DNA of 64,000 bases from Paraspadella gotoi. Lineage: Eukaryota > Animalia > Chaetognatha. Location of the stretch: NCBI GenBank assembly GCA_051294375.1, contig CM119263.1, positions 30,381,376 through 30,445,375 of the forward strand, given 5' to 3'. How positions within the stretch are numbered: position 1 is the stretch's first letter; each line of letters opens with the position of its first letter. This document shows positions 1-11,740 of the stretch, one piece after another. The notes beneath the pieces are model-generated. The model ran no database searches and was not told the DNA's origin. It was given only the letters and a program-made list of their open reading frames with translations. The translations under genes and the position numbers were made by a program.

Positions 1-454
1 TTGAAGTGTGAGGACGACAGATGGGGGTTAGGTTTCGATCATAATAAACAAAATACGATTGAATGTTTTCGATTTCCGCTTCTGTTTTCCCTCAGCTGCC
101 ACCCGAGGGCGGTTGCCCGAAGATGCTGTGATCTTTCGCCTTTGAGCATTTCTTAGAAATCGATATTGATTTTCAAATCTTTTTTTATCTGATGAGTCAA
201 TGAGGGGAAAATACAAACGGAAATCGATTCTTCGAAAATAGTGACTTTTTTTTTTGAAAGGAACTTTAGAAATTAGACATTAGATGAATTATGTTTCTTA
301 CTCCAGCATGACTGAGTATCTCTTTCATTCCTTCTTTCTTGTTGTTTATCTTTCTTTCTCTCTCTCTTTCTATCCATTATTGTTCAAATCCTCCCACACA
401 TTCCCCACCGCCACCATCCCCTTTGCCCCAATCTCCCCTCCGTCACCCCCACAG

Positions 455-904
455 GACCAAGCCCACGAACGCAAGAAGCAACTTAAGGACTTCGACCTCG
501 TCCGCGGTCACAACGAGCAGCTCAACGACCTGGAGGAGGAGGCGAAGAAGAAGGCGGAGGCGCTGCTGCAGATGGCGGAGCGGCAGCGGATGGAGCAGGA
601 GGACGAGATCAAGCATCTCAACGAGCTCATCCAAGAAGCCAAGTGTCACGCCATCAGGGACATGCAAGTCGTCGAACGACAGCAGATCAGCAACGAGATC
701 AGTGAGGATTAATTGCAGTTTGATTGGACTGATTGATCGAATGGTTGAATCGCTAATTGATGACGTAATTGATGATGTAATGATTGACTGAAGTGATGAA
801 TGATTGACTAGTTGATTTACTTATTCGTTTACGTATGTTTGATTAAAATATTTATTGGTTGATTTATAGAGTTGATTGAGGGATCAATTGAATCTTTTAT
901 CTAT

Positions 905-955
<51 letters not shown>

Positions 956-3900
956 TTTGTCTCTAATCTCAGAGTCGGAAGAGAATCGTTTGGACCAAAT
1001 GATGGAAGCGGAGAGACTTAATTCCATCCGAGTTCAGGAGGCGATGGAGGAAAGGAAAAAAATGGAGCGGATGGAGGTAAGTTAATGAATGAAGAGGAGG
1101 AGGCGAGGAAGTGGTAAGGGTTAAAATAAATCAAATATGCAAAATAATAAAGGAGATTATTGCCTCATTAATCTTTCGAATAATACGTCTAATAATGAAA
1201 ATAGATCGCTTTGTTCGAGGCCGCTTGTATTTTAGATTATTTTAAGCATCGTTTACTTCCATGTTTTAAATTTTGTTTCTTCCACTGTTTTGTCCTCCGT
1301 TTCTTTCTCAGTCTTGTCCTCTGTTTTATCCTCTGTTTTCTCAGCCTGGCCTCGTTTCGTTTCCAGGGCGCGGCGGTGATCGTGCAGCAAATCAAAGAGA
1401 ACGAAGAGCAACGAGTCCTGGACATGGAGAAGAAAGATCGGGAGAAGGAGGCCGTCAGAGGTCACCTCAAGGAATTGCACAATGAGGACCTCAAGATTAT
1501 AGAGAAGAGGAGGATGGATCAGTTCAAGCTCAAGTGAGAAGACGACGACGTCGACGACAAAGACGACGACGACGAAAGTCGATCCTGACTGACGTCGTCG
1601 TCGTTGTTGTTCTTGTTAATTCTCTCCCTAATTTGATTTGAGACGATGGAAGATGATTAGAGATGATTAGAGATAATGGAAAAAGAGAGCCTATCATTTA
1701 AAAAAAAAAAAGAAGAACGAAAGCTAAAAAGAAACGCTGAGCTTTAATATTGAACTTTGGAAGCGCCATTTTTTTTTATTTCTTTTTCTTCTCAATGGTT
1801 TAGTTAATCTAAAAGTTTACTAACCGGTCTTTATACAATCATACAAGACCCTCAACATTCCCCGCCCGCCTCAATCACCACCCCTACCCCTCATCTCCAT
1901 CCACACCTCCCCCTCTCCCCTCTCCTCCCCCCTCCTCTCTAGACAAGAGCTTGACGTCGCCAATCAGGAGATCATGAGACAAAGGCAACTCATGAAGGAG
2001 CACGACAAGCTGCTTGACTTCAAAGTCATGGAGTATCAGCGCGAGAAGGCGGAGCGGGAGCAGAGGATGGAGGAACTGCTGGAGCAACAGCGGAAGGAGA
2101 AAGAGTTGGAGCTGAAGAAAATGAGGGACAAGCAGGAGAAAGCAAGCAGTGAGTTGAAGATGGGGGTAGGGAGACAAGCAGGGAGTTAGGGGGGGGAAAG
2201 ACAAGCAAGAGAAAGCAAGCACTGAGTCGGAAGAGGAAATGATTGAGAAAGGGAGGGACAAGCAGGAGAAAGTAAAAAGAAGATTGAGGAGGAAGTAGGA
2301 AGAGAGCAGTTAGTGGGGGGGAGACTGGGAAAGGAGAAAAAAAACAAGGATTTAGTTGTCTAAGGGGAGATGGAATTGGAAAAGCAAGAGAAAGCAAGCG
2401 GAGAATAGAAAGTGACAAGCAGGAAAAAACAAGCAGCCAGTCTTTAACGAATTATAATTCATATCTAATTTCGCTCTTCCCACTTTTTATTTCTTCCTCA
2501 TCCTCTTCTTACCCTTCCACATCCCCTTCCTCATCCTCTTTCTCATTCTCATCCTCTTCCTCCCTTCCTCCTCCTAATCCTCGTCCTCTTCCTCTTCCTC
2601 CAGACGACGCGGAGGCGGCCGACGCTCTTCGCGCCAAACGGAATATGGAGGAGGAAGAGCGGAGGTGGAGGAGGAAGGAGGCGTCCGACGCGGCGAAGCG
2701 GGCGAAGGACAACGCGGTGAGGAAGGAGGGAGAGGAGGTTGGGGGGAGTAGGGCTTGAAGGGGAATACCCTGTATGGTCTCTGAATATGGTTTGGCGGTT
2801 AAGGATTAAGTCGGAGCACCCTGTATGTTGTTTCTTTTTGGGAGAAAATTGATTTTCACATTTGGCAGGATGAGAACACGTAAAGTCTCAAGTCTTAATG
2901 GAATTATAACCTTTTAGGCGTGACTGATGCTTCTTTTTTAAATAAATCTTTTATTTTACGCTCCTTCCCTGTACTCGTCATCGTCCGCTTCGATTTGTCA
3001 TCATCGTCTTCGTCGTCATCGTCGTCTTCCGCAGGAGTTGAAGGCGGCGAGAAAAGAACAGATCGAACAGAAGATGCGATTCCTCGCTATCCAAGCGGCG
3101 CAGGACAGAAACGAGTTCGACAGGATTCTCAAGTGAGTAAAAAAACAAAAGAAACAAAAACAAAAACAAAACGAAAGATTTATAACAAAATCAGGAAATT
3201 AAAAAAAAAACAAAGAAAACAAAATTCTAAAAAGAACACGAAAAAAAACAAAAATGAAGAAAATGAAGAAAACAACAAAGAAAACGGTTAACGATTGCGT
3301 TTTTTGCTCATCACCCTTTTAACTCATTCTTTGACGCCCCCCCCCCGCCGCCACCCTGTCCCTCAGAGTCCAACGTGAAGCGGTAGAGAAAGACCGCGGT
3401 CAAGAATCCGTTCAACGAGCTAAGAATAAGGAACACATCACTTACGTGAGTTTTAAAGATTGATGGGGCATCTCACTGTTGGCTTGGGGGGCTTCCGATC
3501 CTCAGTGGCGCCACCAGCCACTGGCGCGGTTACCCTAGGACGGTCTCGCTTTGCCTGAGGGAAGTCGTTAGGACTGTGGATGGAACGCAACGCTTGGGAT
3601 GGTGCGTTCCCCCTCTTGAGCCAATGGGATTGGCTGAACGATGGTGGATGTGAGACGATATACCGCCTCAATTTCACTTATTCATTACGGAATATTATCA
3701 ATATAATATCCACCAAAATTCACTCTATCATCGCCACGAATCGATACTCTGACCATTCCAAATCCAATCACTACTCCAATCCACCCCTCCTTCTAACCTC
3801 CCTTTCTAACCAACCTAATCTACATCACTCAGGTTAAGAAACAGATCCGCGAGAAGGAGCGTCAACGTGTGGACGAACGGACGGCCTTTTTCGAGGAAGG

Positions 3901-4698
3901 AATTAAACTGGATCAAGAAGCGAGAGCGAGACGGAGACGATTGGACGAAGTCAAGAATGAAAAGTTGACGGAGCTCCAGTGAGTTTGGGGGGGCGAGGAG
4001 GGGTGTGAAGATGGAGAGGGGTTGGCTGCAGCTTAATGACGCCATCGATCAAATTTAATCAATGATATAATAATCCTACTCGTTTTGTATTAATCACGTA
4101 TTCTTTTTCTCTTTTTCCTTTTTCATTTCGTTTTTAACGCTAAACGATTTTTTTTATCGGATAAAAAAAAAACAAATATAAACAAACAAAAAAATCAACA
4201 AAACGAACGATAATCGTAGAGGCTACGGCGTCCCTCAGAAATACATCGGACCTTTGTACCAGAAGGCCAGAGTCTCTGGCGCCTTGGCCTCCGAGTCTTG
4301 AGCTCTGGGGTTAGTTACTCTGGATGGTCACTTGGTCAGTGGTCACTGGTCACGTTTCGGTGGCGGGGAGATTAGTTTGAAAAATACTAATTTTTTAATA
4401 AGAATATTGAAAAGATGTTAATATCAGCAATATTTTGGGCCTTAATTTCATACCTTCTATGGTAAATCCTTTAGTCTTAGTGCTTTATCATTGGGAATCG
4501 CTTCGTGGCAAGAATTAATTTTATCCCTAGGGCTTAGTATGGTTGAGGCGTTGAAACTTTCACTTTACACATTTATGTCTAAATCACATTCATCAAAATT
4601 TGTCATTTTCTTTTGACAGTTCTGCGGGTCTCCCGGAGATTTACTGCAAAGAAGTGGACCAGGCGATGACGCGTTATATGGCAGCCGGACATCCTTGA
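455..4698 (+). CDS. CFAP45: Cilia- and flagella-associated protein 45 (CCDC19), 3' exons only; the gene starts upstream of the window
   Basis: GT-AG exons at about 455-701, 973-1076, 1367-1533, 1942-2148, 2603-2716, 3035-3132, 3367-3445 and 3833-3978 join in frame. Coiled-coil protein with EQEDEIKHLNELIQEAKCHAIRDMQ, ADALRAKRN and terminal AGLPEIYC, matching CFAP45 motifs. Two candidate last exons: 4220-4301 and 4620-4698. Confidence 0.9.
902..958. repeat. (ATTT)n microsatellite
   Basis: Directly visible. Confidence 0.95.
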
Positions 4699-6308
4699 CG
4701 AAGGCGGAAACGTACGCGAAGTCATCGATGCAATCTCGATGCCATTTTGTATGCCATTCTGGATGCCACTCTGGATGCCATCTTAACGCTTTATCGTTGC
4801 CGCTATTTTTAACCTTTTTTAACGGCTACAGATTGATGCTTCGCCCCTTCGTAATTTTAATTTATATATATTTTTAAATAACTTTTAACTCTGTGAACTT
4901 TTTTAATCTTCAATGAAAAAAAATGTGATTTCTTGCCAACAATGTTCCGTTGGTGATTTTTTTTTTCAATGATTTTTATCTGCGATTCGATCTCATGGGT
5001 CGATCCGAATTCACGGGGGACAATAATTAATACTTGGAGAAGAAAAATACATTTCGTAATTATTTACATTTCGTTTTAACTTTTTTTCGGAAGGGCCAAG
5101 TCCAGGGATAGAGATTTTTGGGTTAATTTAATCAGGAATCGAATTTAAAGTAAAGCGAATTTCGATTTGAATCTCGTCTACTCGTCAAAAGTCTCTTGAG
5201 ATCGTGAATACAGCAGTAAAAACAGCTTAGTCCAAGAAAAGATAATTCGCTCTTTTTTGGGCTCGGTACCTAGTTGTTGAGTCAGAAAGCTTGAGATAAA
5301 GAGAGGGAGAGAGAAACTCGATTAAAACTGATTCAGTTTTTCAATCCTGATTTAGTTGTTTTTTTCTCGACCGGAAATTCGATTGATTGTTGAACAACGA
5401 ATCAAACGAAAAATTCGCCCTTTTTGTGTTGGGGTAATGTTAATATCGTTTTGTAATTTTTTTAATGAGAATGTTTACTGAAATTAATTTTTTTTATCGA
5501 CGTCTTAATGTAAAGTCCTGACGACCACTTATTATTCGATACGGATTAAGGATTTATTGTGGCAATTATTAAAGAGACGAAGTTCAGATCGAGAATGATT
5601 TATTCTCCAACGAATAATACAGAAATCAATTCCAAATAATGCTAAGTCTAAAGTTCTAAACCATAACAATAAACTGTACAGAGAGACCGGCTGAGGACAG
5701 CCGGTAGAGAGTGGTGGTGACCGGTGATCGGCCAGTGATTGGGAGAGAGAGATGATCGGATGAGGTCGCGTGTTGCTGCTGCCACATTATATCATTTGTT
5801 AAGACAGGAAAAAAAAATCTGCTAGGCCGCCTACTAAAACTATAAAGAATAATAGACGGAATTTTGATGCAGTGCATGTCATAAATACAGGGCGAAGAAA
5901 GTTTTTAGTCATGTCATATCATATCATGAAATCAAAGGGAAATATACCTTTAAAAAAGTCACTGCGGCGCAACACATTGGAATTACCATTCTTGTTTTTT
6001 TTCTGATCCGCCTACTCTCCGCCATAAACATCAATCCTGACAATATTCTTCATTAAAGTTGATAATCCATCAATTGAATGATTTTCGACCTTTAACTTCC
6101 ACTCTCAAGTCTCAAGTCGGAGAAAAGGCGAACGTTTTGAGCAAAAACCAGTGATTAAACCCAAAGAAAAGCAAATCGACCGAGCGAAACCTAATTAGGG
6201 AAAATTTATTATTCTTGATTTTGACGGCCAAACTTTTCGAAAAAAGAAAGGACGGAAAAGGGCAATTTAAATTTTAAGCTAAAATTTAAAAAAATCTAAA
6301 ATAATTAA

Positions 6309-7908
6309 ATGACGGAAAAACTGGAAACCGTAGTTCGATTTTCGTCAAAAATTTTGGGATCAAAAACTGAATTTTGTTTCGCCGATGTGAGAATTAAAGC
6401 GAAGCGTGAGTATAAATAGTGATGTAGTGAATGTTGTAGTGAACTTTGTTAAGCGACGATTTATTATGATTCAGTAGTTATAATTATAATATAAAATATA
6501 TAATATATATAATATAAAATTTAAAATCCTGATTGAAAAGAATTGTTCTTTTCTTCCAAAACAGTTTTATTTTTTATATTGACCGGATAATTTATACATA
6601 AACAATTAAACATTTGCTCTATGAATTGTGACCCGGTGGCTCATTGAGTTAAGCCATCAGCTCATGACCATTAGATACCGGGATCGATCCCCAATGGTGC
6701 CTACCCTTTAGGTCGCTTGAGGGCGTGAAAAACCCTCAAACCTGGTTCCAAGCCCAGGACCCGTTCCATTGCTGCCGAGGGGGTAGAGGAGTTACCGATA
6801 GCATGCTTCAGCCCACTTAGCGACTTATAATATCAATTTTATAGTCAATGCAGTATGCACATTATCCTCAATTAAACCCGTGTATCCCATTGCATGCAGC
6901 CAATGGCACGTTGCTTCTGCCGTCGGAAAACGCCATCGATGGCAGCGGGAAGGGCGGCGGCGTCAGCGATGGCGTCAGCGGCGTTAGCAGCAGCGACGAC
7001 GAATTTGAAACTTACCCGATCTGCATGACCTTCGCCATCGACGTCAGCGCAGACGGATTCCACCTCACCCACGCAAAAAGGTTACAAGTTTCAGAGGTCA
7101 GGAAATTAAGAATTCGGGAATAGAAATATAGGACAAGCAAAGACCAAAAAGAATTCCAATTTAAATTGTTTTGTTTTAATCTCAGGTCGAAGTCTCAATT
7201 TTACGATTTTGAAATTTGGGAAACGAAATTCAAAATCGCCGACGAAGAAGTAAAGAAAAAAATCTTGGAGAAAATCGAGAAAGGATTGAAGAAAGCAAAG
7301 AAGAGGAGACCGAGAAAGCTGCTTGTAAGGTTGTATCGATTTGATTGATTTGATTCAATTCGATGCTATCGAATAACGTCATTCAGGTCATCATCAACCC
7401 CGCGGCCGGCTGGGGGCGCGGCCTTCGGAACTACCGTCGCTTCGCCGCTCCCGTCTTCGCTGTTGCTGGAGTCGATGTAAAAGTCGTCGTCTCCAGCAGC
7501 AAAGATGATATCGAGGAAATTGTGCAACGAGAAAATCTTGAAGTTGCGATGTTGAAGATGATGTTGCTATTCTCTTTGTATAATTTATTTATATTTATTT
7601 TTATCTCGCCAGATGGGCCTAGGCTGGTCTAGAGCGAGATCTTGGTTTACGTGGGCTTCTTAGAGTCGTCGTCAAGCTTTTTTACTATTGAAAATTGTAA
7701 AAGTGTGTAGTTGCAGGAAGCTAAAAATTTATATATGCTTCTCATCATCAAGATCTATTAAAATTATATGTTTTATATTGATTCAGGTATTTTTTTAAAT
7801 TCTCTTTACATTATGACTAATCATAATATGCAAATTAGCATATAATATAGGAAAAAATTTAGATTTTTAAAAAAATTATATGTCGCTCTCTCTCTTTCTC
7901 TTTCTCTT

Positions 7909-7976
<68 letters not shown>

Positions 7977-10822
7977 GTTATCATCGCATCAATCATTTGT
8001 TATCATCGCATCAATCATTAATTTGTTATCATCGCATAAATCATTCTTTTTTTTGTTGAAAATATTGAGCGATGGGTCATTGTGCTTTTAATATTTTTTT
8101 TTATTAATTTTCTTTAATAGTAACGTCTGGCGAGATTATTATATTTTTAAGATTTTTTCCTTCAGACTTCGACGGCCTGCTTGTGGGCGGCGGAGACGGA
8201 AGCCTCACTCTAGTCATCTCCTCCATTTTGGCGCCAAAATTCAAACGAAACGAAATGACGACCGAGAATCCGAGCCTGGGGAATATGGGGATCACGATGG
8301 GGATTTTACCGGTTGGTGCCTCCGTTTTTGTGGGTCTCTTTCACTTTATTCTTTAAAATCAGCCGGATGTAAGCAATGATGAATATTGAATAATAATGAC
8401 AATTTAAATTATTGAGCAGAGTAGTTGACGATTAGTCGAATCATCCGCCATAGAAAATTTGAGAGTTTTTATTCCCTTTTTAAATATAACGAGGTCTAAA
8501 ACGCTACAAAATGCAAATAAGATTGTTTTTTCGAAAAATCATTTCGTTTAAAAAATTCCAGTGCGGATCCGGCAACGCGGCGGCTGCGGCGACGCACATG
8601 ACGACGAACTGGACGACGATCGCCGTCGTCGTCGCTTTGGGATTCAAAAGGCGAATCGATCTGATTTCGGTTCACGATGTCGATCGAGGATTCGAACTTG
8701 TGAATGTCTCACATCTCATGGCCGGTGATGGAAGGATGGAGGAATGGAGGGAGGAATGAAATGAAATGAATGGAGAATGAAAAGCCGAATAAAAAAACAA
8801 TAACAATAAAAAGAAAAAAACGGGAAGAGATTAGGAGATCAAAAAGAAAAGAAAAGAAAAGAAAAGAAAAAGAGAAAAGAAAAAGAAAAGAAAAAAGAAA
8901 CGAAAGAAAATAAAGAGGATAGAAAAGAAAAAGAATAAAGAAAGAGAAAAGAAAAGAAAAAGAGAAAAGAAAGTGAGAAGAGAAAAGAAAAGAAAGAAAA
9001 TAAAAGAAAAAGAATAGAAAAGAAAAAAGAAAGAATAGAAAATAAAAAGAGAAAAGAAAAGAAAAATAGAAAAGAAAGTGAGAAGAAAAAAGAGAAGAAA
9101 AAAAAAGAATAGAAAAGTAAAAAAATTGAAAAGAAAATAAAAAAAAAGATAAAAGAAAAGAAAGAGAAATAGAGAAGAGAAAAGAAGAGAAAAAAAGAAA
9201 AGAAAGAGGATAGAAAAGAAAAAAAAGAGAAAAAAAATAGAAAGAGAAAAGAAAAAGAAAAATTAAAAAAAAGAAATAATAGAAAAGAAAAGAAAAAATA
9301 AAGAGAATAAAAATGAAAAAGAGAAAAGAAAAGAAAAAGAGAAAAGAAAGTGAGAAAAGAAAAAGAGGAAAAAAAGAGAAGAGAAAAGAAAAAGAAAAAA
9401 GTAAGAGGAAAGAAGAGAAAAAGAGAAAAGAAAAGAAAAAGAGGAAAGAAAGAGAATTGAAAAGAAAAAGAGGAAAGAAAAAGAGAAAAGAAAGAGAAAA
9501 GAAAAAAGAAAAGATAAGAAAAGCGGCCTCTCTTCCCCCATTCTGTCTTCAGGCTACATGAATCTCGTCAACGGCGCCAAGAGACTCGACTCTTTTCGAT
9601 TCCTCGGACCACTTCGCTACTTTGTTCTCCTCTTCGATTTGTGGCGCGGATTAGCGCCGGTTTGCGTCAAATTCGTCCGCTTGAGGGCGCCGCGTGGAGG
9701 CGGCGTCGACGGGCGGAGACGTTGCGAGGTATTTTCTTCGTCGTCGTCTTTTTTTTCTTTTTTTTTAAAATAATGTGGTACAATTGTTTTCCCCCATTTT
9801 TTTTAGAATTTTTCCTAAAATTGTATATATCTTTTTAAAAGCTGCTCCTTTGTTAAAAAGTTTTTTTTTACCACCGATTTACAAATATATTTGCGCAGCC
9901 ATTCGTCATATCAAGCCCTTTCTCAGGTGAAGGAAGACGAGGTTTCCGGCATCTCCGGCTGCCCGGTCTGCGAGGGCGTGGCACCGGCAGCCGGAAGGAC
10001 ACTGGCTTCGGCAGCCGGAAGAATGGATGCGCAGGAGGAAGATTCGCCGACGCCGTGGACGGATCTCCCGGAAATGAAAGGAGAGAAGGGAGTCGTCATG
10101 GGGATGAACATTCGGTAAAATCGTCATGTGAACATTTAAGTAGATTTCAGAATGAAACCAAAGTGGAATTTTTTAATAGAAAAACAGACAAGAAGACAGA
10201 ATGCTCAGATACAAAATCTACTGCTATTTATACAATGCAATTTGATCAGAGACATGGGTAAAATTTCCTGGCGGATGGAAGCCCATCCGCCTATTGGCCG
10301 GTTCCATTCGGGTCTCGACCAATCAGAGAGCTTGTTTCCATTTCGGTAATTTCTTTCCGAGTCTTTGATCCGGTTCCGGTTCTGTATCTCCTGACTCCTG
10401 TAATGTGAATGTTAAAGTTATTAAATAATTTAGTTCAATTAATTAATCAAATCAATTGATTAATCCAGATCCGTCCCGTCCCTCGACATTGTGGATCCTC
10501 GTTTCGACGGACTTCACTTTGGCGACGGAGCAGCTTTGCTTTTCTGCGAATCAAATAGATCTTTTAAGGTTGTTGTTGTTGTCGTTGTTGTTGACTTCAT
10601 CTAATTTTATCTAAATTTATTTAGAAGTTTACTTATCGTAAACCTATCGTATAATAATTGGGTAACCAGATACGCTTTTTATTCGCCGATTTTCAAGAAG
10701 TCGAATGTTTTTTTTTACTATAATTTTGTTTTCAAATTAAGTTTGTGACATCTGCTGTAATTTTTAGCAACTAACCATTGATTATATCTTTTTATGTAAC
10801 ATTTTATTAACCCACTAACTTC

Positions 10823-10854
<32 letters not shown>

Positions 10855-10920
10855 AAGGAATTATAATTCATTGAGATTTTTGTAACAACCTAAAATCTAA
10901 TAATAATAATATTATATAAT

Positions 10921-10968
<48 letters not shown>

Positions 10969-11452
10969 TATCATCCTTGCAACGATTACTAAGTCTGAGA
11001 AACCCTACTTCCCCTCGCTCCATCTCCCACTACCCTCCCCCCACTCCACCAACTCCTTCAAGGACTGGATGAAATTCCTGACCGGCCGCTACCCCGACCT
11101 CGGCTCCAGTCGCTACTCACGCTCCCCCGACTTTCACCGCCACCTCTTCACGGAAGCGAGGATCGAGTTAGACTCGAAGGCCCCGCCCATCGCCCTCGAC
11201 GTTGACGGGGAGATCGAGGCGCCCGTGCAACGACTCCATCTCAAAGTCCATCCGCGGGCAATGGAGGTTTTCGGGGTTGGAGAAATCGCCGGCCACACTC
11301 AGGCCTCAGGGTTGTTGAGTCTTGGGGCGTTGAGGGCGATCGTGGGGGCGATCCTCGCAGGGGTTGTTGTTGTGATTTGTTTTGGCGTCGGATTGGGTGG
11401 TTGGGCTTTGATTGGCGTCGTTGATTGGTTGGTGTATGGACTGATTGATTGA
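6309..11452 (+). CDS. Ceramide-kinase-like lipid kinase (DAGK/SphK/CERK catalytic fold), copy 1, with C-terminal hydrophobic anchor
   Basis: Spliced motifs RPRKLLVIINPAAGWGRG, DGLLVGGGDGS, GILPCGSGN, RFLGPLRY, C..GCPVC, LDVDGE and KVHP. Ends in a hydrophobic stretch (IVGAILAGVVVVICFGVGLGGWALIGVV). One splice junction (about 7543 to 8166) does not fit cleanly. Confidence 0.8.
6628..6830 (+). mobile_element. tRNA-derived SINE-like element, family A
   Basis: A-box-like GGTGGCTCATTGAG and B-box-like GGATCGATCCC; head shared with the element at about 45509; no valid cloverleaf. Confidence 0.6.
7886..7972. repeat. (CT)n microsatellite
   Basis: Directly visible. Confidence 0.95.
8790..9520. repeat. 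(AAAAG)n polypurine low-complexity tract, intronic
   Basis: About 700 bp of almost only A and G. Confidence 0.95.
10899..10968. repeat. (AAT)n microsatellite
   Basis: Directly visible. Confidence 0.9.
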
Positions 11453-11740
11453 TTCATTGCTTAAATTGATCTTATAAATTTATAGCGATTGATTTGATTC
11501 TTAATTGTCGCTGGATTGGCTGTTTTAGATCTCTTCGTTATTCTCATTCGGCCTTAATTGTCTCCAACTTTCACCCACTATTTAAGTAGAACATTTCATC
11601 GTTTATTCATATTTATCACATACAGTATTTGTTTGTATATCTGAATTTATAATTATTTTAGGCAAAACACCAAAAAGATTAGAGTTTTTATAGCATATTT
11701 ATTTAAACATAAAACTAAGAAAATAAACATTTAATAAACA

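Noticed and set aside
6630-6702. tRNA-Met gene (CAT in loop)
   Set aside because: Acceptor and anticodon stems do not pair properly; better explained as a SINE head
9263-9561. Lys/Arg/Glu-rich and Phe/Ser-rich ORFs
   Set aside because: Translations of the intronic (AAAAG)n tract
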